Origin: Candidatus Saccharimonadales bacterium
Lineage (GTDB): Bacteria > Patescibacteriota > Saccharimonadia > Saccharimonadales > DASWIF01
Length of the DNA: 59,038 nt
Direction: 5' to 3'
Assembly: GCA_036397795.1 (NCBI GenBank)
Contig: DASWIF010000040.1
Coordinates: 1-59,038, forward strand
The position numbers and the translations under genes are program-made. The first letter of the stretch is position 1; each line of letters starts with the position of its first letter. Positions 53,565 to 59,038 of this stretch are shown here, one piece after another. The notes beneath the pieces are model-generated. The model was given only the letters and a program-made list of their open reading frames with translations. It was not told where the DNA came from and made no database searches.

Positions 53565-56129
53565 ATGAAACTGTCAAAAACTTATAACCCCAAACTGTAC
53601 GAGGCTGATATTTATCAGTTATGGGAGCAGGCGGGTGCCTTTGCGCCGTCCGGTAGCAGCGATACCTTTACCATCATCATGCCGCCGCCCAACGCCAACG
53701 CGCCGCTGCACATCGGCCACGCCCTGACCAACGCGATTCAAGACGTTATGGTCCGTTACAACCGGTTGAAGGGCAAGGCTACTTTATACTTGCCCGGCGC
53801 GGATCACGCTGGCTTTGAGACCTGGGTAGTCTACGAAAAGCAACTTAATAAAGACGGCAAAACCCGGTTTGATTTTAGCCGCGACCAGTTATTTAAGCAG
53901 GTTTGGGATTTCGTGGCGGCTAATCGAGGGAGGATGGAACAACAGGTCAGAGCCATGGGCGCCAGCGTGGACTGGAGCCGCTACACCTTTACCCTGGACC
54001 AATCGGTGGTGGATACGACTTATAAAACCTTTAAAAAACTGTGGGATGACAACCTGGTTTACCGTGGTGAGCGGATTGTCAATTACTGCACCGTGCACGA
54101 CACCAGTTTTTCCGATATTGAGGTCGAATACCTCGAGCGCGACACCAAATTGACTTATATAAATTACCCGCTGACCGATGGTAGCGGCCAGATCACAGTG
54201 GCCACCACCCGGCCGGAAACCATGCTGGGCGATACCGCCGTAGCGATCCATCCCAAAGATAAAAAATATAAAGAATTTATCGGCAAAACTATCAAATTAC
54301 CGCTGACAAACCGCGAGATCCCAATCGTGGCGGACGAGGCCATCGACGCCAGTTTTGGCACCGGTGCCGTCAAGGTCACGCCGGCCCACGACCCGACCGA
54401 TTTTGACATCGCCCAGCGGCACGACTTGCCGGCTATATCGGTCATCGGCTTCGACGGCAAAATTACTTCGGAAGCGCCGAAAAAATATCGTGGCCTCAGC
54501 GTCGAGGACGCCCGCCAGGCGGTAATTAGCGACCTCAAAAAGCTCAAGGCGCTGGCCAAACAAGAAACTTACCGGCACTCGGTCGGGATCTGTTATAAAT
54601 GTCATAACGTCATCGAGCCGCTCTTAAAAGACCAGTGGTTTATCCGCATGCAACCGCTGGCGGAAACGGCCATCAAGGCCATCAAAGCCGACAAGATTAA
54701 ATTTTACCCGGCGGCCAAAAAAGCCCAAGCGCTGAAGTACTTAAGCGACGTCAAGGATTGGAATATTTCGCGGCAAATAGCCTGGGGTATACCGATTCCG
54801 GCTTTTCGTAATGTCGACAACCCGGATGATTGGCTGTTTGACGAGCGTGTGGTCCAAGAAGTTATCGAGGTCAGTAAGAAGCACTACGTCCGCGATCCGG
54901 ATGTGTTTGACACCTGGTTTTCCTCCGGCCAGTGGCCGTTTACCACACTCGGCTATCCAGACGGCCAGGACTTTAAGCGGTTTTATCCCACCTCTGTCAT
55001 GGAAACTGGCGGCGAGATTTTCAACCAATGGGTGCTAAGAATGATAATGCTCGGGCTTTATGCCACCAGCGATGTGCCCTTCACTACTGTTTATATCCAT
55101 GGCTATGTCCTTGCCGCCGACGGCACCAAGATGAGCAAGTCGTTAGGCAATGTAGTTGACCCGATGGACGTAATTGCCAGCCACGGTTCGGATGCGCTGA
55201 GAATGGGGCTGATCAGCGGACGGGTGGCCGGGGTGGCCAGTGCCTTTGCCGAGGATAAGATTATCGGGGCGCGCAACTTTGCCAACAAACTATGGAATGT
55301 CGCCCGTTATATCGAAGGGGTTTTAGGCGACGACTACGCCTATCTTGAGCCCCAGGCCAAATACCCCGCCGACGACTGGTTCATCCATCGGCTTAGCCTG
55401 GGTGTGAGCGATATCGGCCGGTTGATGGACGAGTACCGCTTCTCGGAAGCCTATGAACGCCTCCACCACCTGTTGTGGGACGATTTGGCCGATTGGTACC
55501 TGGAAGCCAGCAAAATCAATAAAAACGAGCACCTGCTGGCCCATGGGCTAAAGACCTTACTTGCCCTGGCCCATCCGTTTGCGCCGTTCGTGACAGAGAC
55601 CATCTGGCAGACCCTCAGCTGGACCGAAGGCCAGCTCATTAGCGGCCGCTGGCCCAAAGCCGCTAAAGCGGCGGCTAGTGGCGCCGAAGACTTTGAGCTC
55701 GTGAAGAACGTCGTAACCGAGATTAGAGAACTCAAAAGCCAACTTAGGCTAAGGCAGAACACGCTATATCATCAAGGTGATCCAATCATTGCCGAAAACG
55801 CCGAACTGATTGCCAAACTGGCCCGGATAATCGATTGCCGCGAAGTAGAATCGGGTACCGGCCTGCACCTGAGTCAACCGGGCGTCGAGGCCTGGCTGGA
55901 CGTCGAACACGACGTCATCAAGGTATATCTGGAAAACTTGCGCCGGCAGCAAACAGATCTCGAATCCCGTCAAAAGCAAATCAAAACCAGGCTGGACAAC
56001 AAAGCCTATATTAAGAACGCGCCCAAAGCACTCGTCAGCGAGAGTAAAACCGAGCTTGGCGAGATTGAAGCCAGCCGGCAAAGAATTGACGCGCAAATTA
56101 CGGCTGCCGAAGCGACAATCAACAACTAG
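53565..56129 (+). CDS. valS: Valine--tRNA ligase
   Basis: ORF track, 854 aa. PPPNANAPLHIGHAL (HIGH), KMSKSLGN (KMSKS), editing domain, C-terminal coiled coil. Confidence 0.96.
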   Translation: MKLSKTYNPKLYEADIYQLWEQAGAFAPSGSSDTFTIIMPPPNANAPLHIGHALTNAIQDVMVRYNRLKGKATLYLPGADHAGFETWVVYEKQLNKDGKTRFDFSRDQLFKQVWDFVAANRGRMEQQVRAMGASVDWSRYTFTLDQSVVDTTYKTFKKLWDDNLVYRGERIVNYCTVHDTSFSDIEVEYLERDTKLTYINYPLTDGSGQITVATTRPETMLGDTAVAIHPKDKKYKEFIGKTIKLPLTNREIPIVADEAIDASFGTGAVKVTPAHDPTDFDIAQRHDLPAISVIGFDGKITSEAPKKYRGLSVEDARQAVISDLKKLKALAKQETYRHSVGICYKCHNVIEPLLKDQWFIRMQPLAETAIKAIKADKIKFYPAAKKAQALKYLSDVKDWNISRQIAWGIPIPAFRNVDNPDDWLFDERVVQEVIEVSKKHYVRDPDVFDTWFSSGQWPFTTLGYPDGQDFKRFYPTSVMETGGEIFNQWVLRMIMLGLYATSDVPFTTVYIHGYVLAADGTKMSKSLGNVVDPMDVIASHGSDALRMGLISGRVAGVASAFAEDKIIGARNFANKLWNVARYIEGVLGDDYAYLEPQAKYPADDWFIHRLSLGVSDIGRLMDEYRFSEAYERLHHLLWDDLADWYLEASKINKNEHLLAHGLKTLLALAHPFAPFVTETIWQTLSWTEGQLISGRWPKAAKAAASGAEDFELVKNVVTEIRELKSQLRLRQNTLYHQGDPIIAENAELIAKLARIIDCREVESGTGLHLSQPGVEAWLDVEHDVIKVYLENLRRQQTDLESRQKQIKTRLDNKAYIKNAPKALVSESKTELGEIEASRQRIDAQITAAEATINN

Positions 56130-56253
56130 TACCCCTGTGGCCGCTCTTGACTCATTAATCGGTTTATGCTTAGATTACAGTTGATTCTCGTGGTCTTTGT
56201 TCACGGGAATTGCAGGGGCTAAACGGCCTCTTCACAAGCAGAAAGGAACTACC

Positions 56254-56385
56254 GTGTTGACGTTCATTTTGACGTTGTTCGCAATCGTCCTACTGGTGAC
56301 GGTCATCGACCTGATCGAGCAGGCTGCCCGGCGGGGCGACTACGAAGTCGATGACTCCCTGGCCGCAGACTGGCTGGAAACATGA
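56254..56385 (+). CDS. Mini membrane protein (43 aa), module 1
   Basis: ORF track 56197..56385, trimmed to GVG-context GTG 56254 with AAAGGA 7 nt upstream. LTFILTLFAIVLLVTVIDLI TM. ATGA overlap with the next ORF. Confidence 0.4.
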   Translation: MLTFILTLFAIVLLVTVIDLIEQAARRGDYEVDDSLAADWLET

Positions 56386-56609
56386 CCGGCTACGAACGAG
56401 CCAGTCGGCGCGCGTCGCGCAATTTCTCGGCCCTCTTACTACTGCTCGTGGTCCTACTGCTTTGGACCGGCGGCAGTTTTGAGCAGACCGGCTCATTGGG
56501 GAGCACTTTGATACCGGGAGGGCTGTCGGTGGTGGTGTTCGCCTTTCTGTGGCGAGCAACAGCCACGCTCAATGAGTTTCAGCGAGACCGAGACAACCAG
56601 TCTCGTTGA
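56382..56609 (+). CDS. Two-TM small protein (75 aa), module 1
   Basis: ORF track. ALLLLLVVLLLWTG and LSVVVFAFLW helices. Very GC-rich (38/60 at 56401-56460). Confidence 0.45.
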   Translation: MTGYERASRRASRNFSALLLLLVVLLLWTGGSFEQTGSLGSTLIPGGLSVVVFAFLWRATATLNEFQRDRDNQSR

Positions 56610-56719
56610 GACCACAGCCACACTAAAAGGGGGCGGCCAACTCGGGCCGTCACCCTATTGGTCTTTAGGACCAACCTTTCTGCTTGATCTTCAACTTTTC
56701 AAAGACTTTGATCTAAGAC

Positions 56720-57181
56720 TCAAGGGTTTTGAAAAGTGGGAGAACGGCTAAAGACAATTTGGGCTAAGTTTATCATTTCCTCGAGGTGGCTGCCATCCAT
56801 CCTGGCCTGATAAGCTAGTAGTAACTGATTACCGTAAACTCGATCAAAAATTGAAAAAGTGCGATTGGGTCGGCTTTCAAGAGAAAGGTTATAGGCCAGA
56901 CGATAGTTTTTAAAGTCCTGCCTTAATGTAATCGACTTAAGACTGGCCGGCTCAGGTTGCAACGAAGCGCTTATAAGAGCGGGCTCGCCGTCGTCATCGG
57001 ATGTCGACGTGAATTCCAACTCCAGACCTTGGTGGAACAGCTCGTCGTAGATGACGTTGTTTATTTGCCGCGCGCGCAAATCGAGCAGTCCTTCGGAGCC
57101 AGCCTCGTAACCCTCCGGTATCTCTGTTCCCAGCGCAACCGCGGAGAAGTGTAAATGGCGGTCTGGTCCGGTTCGTTCCAT
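56720..57181 (-). CDS. Hypothetical 153-aa protein, distant paralog of 57941..58366
   Basis: ORF track. Shared landmarks with the paralog: FS(A/S)VAL, DLR(A/G)R, (E/Q)LF, (I/V)FDR. Confidence 0.6.
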   Translation of the reverse strand: MERTGPDRHLHFSAVALGTEIPEGYEAGSEGLLDLRARQINNVIYDELFHQGLELEFTSTSDDDGEPALISASLQPEPASLKSITLRQDFKNYRLAYNLSLESRPNRTFSIFDRVYGNQLLLAYQARMDGSHLEEMINLAQIVFSRSPTFQNP

Positions 57182-57275
57182 ATCGATATTATACGCCGCT
57201 TCTATACGTTGAATAATGCCAAAAAAAATGATTTAATAGTGTAAGTTGCGAACTTCGGTGAGCAAGGAGAGTCAC

Positions 57276-57470
57276 GTGCCGTCCCTCAAACAGGTGTTGA
57301 GCTTTGCCCTGATGGTGGGGCTGCTGTTTTTGGTCGTCAGACACCCATGGTTCATGGATTGGATGATCAAGATAGTAAGGGGGAGATGGTTGACTCTGTT
57401 GGGTTTAGCGATCGGTATCGGTATCGGCGTAGGTGTCTGGTTGAACGCCAGAGCCCGCGGGCGCCGCTGA
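57276..57470 (+). CDS. Two-TM small protein (64 aa), module 2
   Basis: ORF track 57246..57470, trimmed to GTG 57276 with AAGGAG 6 nt upstream. FALMVGLLFLVV and LTLLGLAIGIGIGVGVWL helices. Confidence 0.45.
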   Translation: MPSLKQVLSFALMVGLLFLVVRHPWFMDWMIKIVRGRWLTLLGLAIGIGIGVGVWLNARARGRR

Positions 57471-57497
57471 TCGCCCATTGACAGGCAAGGAGAAAAC

Positions 57498-57638
57498 TTG
57501 GAAAAGCTACCACCGTGGCTAGAAATCTGGCTCGAAAAGAACCAGCGAGTCCCGACCGAGGGCGAACGCGAAGCGCTGGGCTGGTGGCTCGACCGGGGTC
57601 GGTTGCGACTCGTCAGGCGGGTGCCCGATGCCCGCTAG
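57498..57638 (+). CDS. 46-aa Trp/Arg-rich mini-protein, module 2
   Basis: Found by hand. TTG start with AAGGAG 5 nt upstream. MEKLPPWLEIWLEKNQRVPTEGEREALGWWLDRGRLRLVRRVPDAR. Overlaps the next ORF by 11 nt. Confidence 0.35.
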   Translation: MEKLPPWLEIWLEKNQRVPTEGEREALGWWLDRGRLRLVRRVPDAR

Positions 57639-57897
57639 GACGTTCAAAGACTGGCGCCGCCAGCTAATCGAGAACCCGTCGGATGTCGACCGGCTCGAAG
57701 TCGAGCTTTTCACGGCCGGGCTGCGAATAGTCCTGCCGCTACTGGCCATCAGCTTCGTCTTGGCTTGGATCGACCAAGCACTGTGGGTCATTTGGCCCGC
57801 CAGCTTAGTGCTGATCGTGATCGGGGTGATTGTCTTGATTGAAGATCAAGTAGTCGCTCCCGTAAGGCGCGACCTGGCTTCACCGCCGGAGGGCTGA
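57628..57897 (+). CDS. Two-TM small protein (89 aa), module 2
   Basis: ORF track. LRIVLPLLAISFVLAWI and ASLVLIVIGVIVLI helices. Region is 44/60 GC at 57541-57600. Confidence 0.45.
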   Translation: MPARTFKDWRRQLIENPSDVDRLEVELFTAGLRIVLPLLAISFVLAWIDQALWVIWPASLVLIVIGVIVLIEDQVVAPVRRDLASPPEG

Positions 57898-57916
57898 CCC
57901 TCTCCGGCGGTGAAGC
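57877..57916. terminator. Strong hairpin between convergent genes with the stop codon in its loop
   Basis: GCTTCACCGCCGGAGGG (57877-57893), loop CTGA, CCCTCTCCGGCGGTGAAGC (57898-57916). 17 bp with a 2-nt bulge. Confidence 0.6.
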
Positions 57917-57940
57917 TGCCCTCTTCTCCTTGCCGATAAT

Positions 57941-58366
57941 TTATTCGATCTCCATCAGCTCCGTAAGGGGCGCGCTGCTCAGCAAACGAACCAGGCGATC
58001 CAGGTCTTCCAGGTTAATTTCAATCTCTTTTATTAGTTGAAATCTATCGTCAGCTTCGCGGTCAAAAACCCTGTACTGATTGCGTTTTCGGCCATCAAAT
58101 CGGTATAACATCATCTGATCCTCAGACCATAAACACAAGACTACTTGTCCGTCGTTTTGAGCCAGCCCGGCCTCCAGCCAACTCTCGCTAAATGGGTCAT
58201 AAAGCCTGCCCTCAAATCGTCTTTGCGAGTTGTTTTTAAATAATTGGGCAACTAATGTATCTTTTAGCTCCTTCGTCCGGCCCCTTAAGTCAGCCACGCC
58301 GCATTCATCATCGGCTAGAGCAACGGAGGAGAAGGCGATACTTTGTTCGTAAGACTGTTCAGACAT
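57941..58366 (-). CDS. Hypothetical 141-aa protein, distant paralog of 56720..57181
   Basis: ORF track. See the paralog landmarks listed for 56720..57181. Confidence 0.6.
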   Translation of the reverse strand: MSEQSYEQSIAFSSVALADDECGVADLRGRTKELKDTLVAQLFKNNSQRRFEGRLYDPFSESWLEAGLAQNDGQVVLCLWSEDQMMLYRFDGRKRNQYRVFDREADDRFQLIKEIEINLEDLDRLVRLLSSAPLTELMEIE

Positions 58367-58427
58367 TTTTGGTTTTTAATTTTAATGGCTTATAGATGTT
58401 AATTATACGACTTTTGTCAAATGTGGT

Positions 58428-59038
58428 TTATCTTTCCAGTGTTTGCTCGATTCGTCTAACGGATTCAGCCGGGTCAAAATCATCAAACCAAAACACCCGC
58501 CAGTTAAATCTTTCGGCTTCTGTTAAATTAGCCCTCGAGTCGTCGATAAAGAAAATCTCCTGCCCTTTACAGCCGGCCATCGCCTCGGCTTTAAGATAAA
58601 TCTTGTCTTCCGGTTTGACCGCGCCAACCTTAGTCGAGTCGACGATAGCGCTGAAATTAAGCTGCGGCAGGACGCCCAGACCGAACATTTCTGCCAAGAA
58701 TCCCGGCATGATATTGGTAAGCAGCCCGATTTTGTACTTGGTCTCCGCCCGGGCTAAAAATTCATGGGTTTCTTTGATCGGCTGAACCGAACCCATGTAA
58801 TGCCGCCGCCAGTCGACTCGTTTTACGCCTAAGTGATGGGCCATCGATTTATTAAAGCCCTCAAGTGTAATTTCTCCTCGGTTACACGCGTCATTGTAGT
58901 GCCAGAAGGTACTCTCGACCTTATCCAGCGGTACGCCGGTTTCTTCCGACAGACTGACAAAGGCGTGGTGGTAAAACCGTACCATCACGCCATTGACGTC
59001 GCAGTAAATGAACTTGACGGCCGTCGGGACGGTCTTAA
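58428..59038 (-). CDS. HAD-superfamily hydrolase (N-terminus probably just beyond the window edge)
   Basis: ORF track 58428..58988. The frame stays open to the window end (..KTVPTAVKFIYCDVNGVMV), giving HAD motif I-like DVNGV. LLTN is motif II and FFIDDS is motif IV. Confidence 0.7.
   Translation of the reverse strand, partial: KTVPTAVKFIYCDVNGVMVRFYHHAFVSLSEETGVPLDKVESTFWHYNDACNRGEITLEGFNKSMAHHLGVKRVDWRRHYMGSVQPIKETHEFLARAETKYKIGLLTNIMPGFLAEMFGLGVLPQLNFSAIVDSTKVGAVKPEDKIYLKAEAMAGCKGQEIFFIDDSRANLTEAERFNWRVFWFDDFDPAESVRRIEQTLER

Overview
This 59-kb window appears to be the replication-origin neighbourhood of a small genome of about 50% GC. It uses the standard genetic code (TGA is a stop). 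The organism looks Gram-positive-type or CPR/Patescibacteria (Saccharibacteria-like); that lineage call is an inference from gene content only. Backbone: rpmH-rnpA-yidC-jag on the minus strand faces dnaA-dnaN-recF on the plus strand, with DnaA boxes in both flanking spacers. Further along are groES-groEL with a textbook CIRCE operator, murE, tsaD, valS, folA, pgi/pmi, ino1 with a LysR regulator, a MacB-type ABC exporter, a sortase, comFC, hsp20 and four tRNAs (three Ser, one Arg). The dominant accessory block (8.5-23.6 kb) is a Gram-positive-style type IV secretion/pilus locus. It has a VirB4 ATPase, PrgI/VirB3-like and VirB6-like proteins, a lysozyme+M15 wall hydrolase and several large anchored proteins. 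A divergent operon encodes five paralogous T4SS pilins, one of them a fused double pilin. No relaxase or coupling protein is visible. Two four-helix-bundle (23S-IVS/Avd-like) gene cassettes are wedged between the machine genes, and one is bracketed by 29-nt inverted repeats. Other signals outside the backbone: (1) a GC-rich, highly structured segment of about 400 nt with its own promoter and terminator (ncRNA candidate), followed by a GC-rich ORF pair; (2) an adjacent AT-rich island with a PRTase-domain protein and a nuclease-like protein; (3) a 200-bp tandem structured repeat upstream of the sortase gene; (4) a near-identical 73-nt segment repeated at the 3' end of two different tRNA-Ser genes; (5) a hairpin-dense tRNA spacer; (6) a duplicated module of GC-rich mini membrane ORFs, each convergent with a paralogous gene of about 150 aa. 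All family calls come from motif recognition by eye. No database search or folding program was available.
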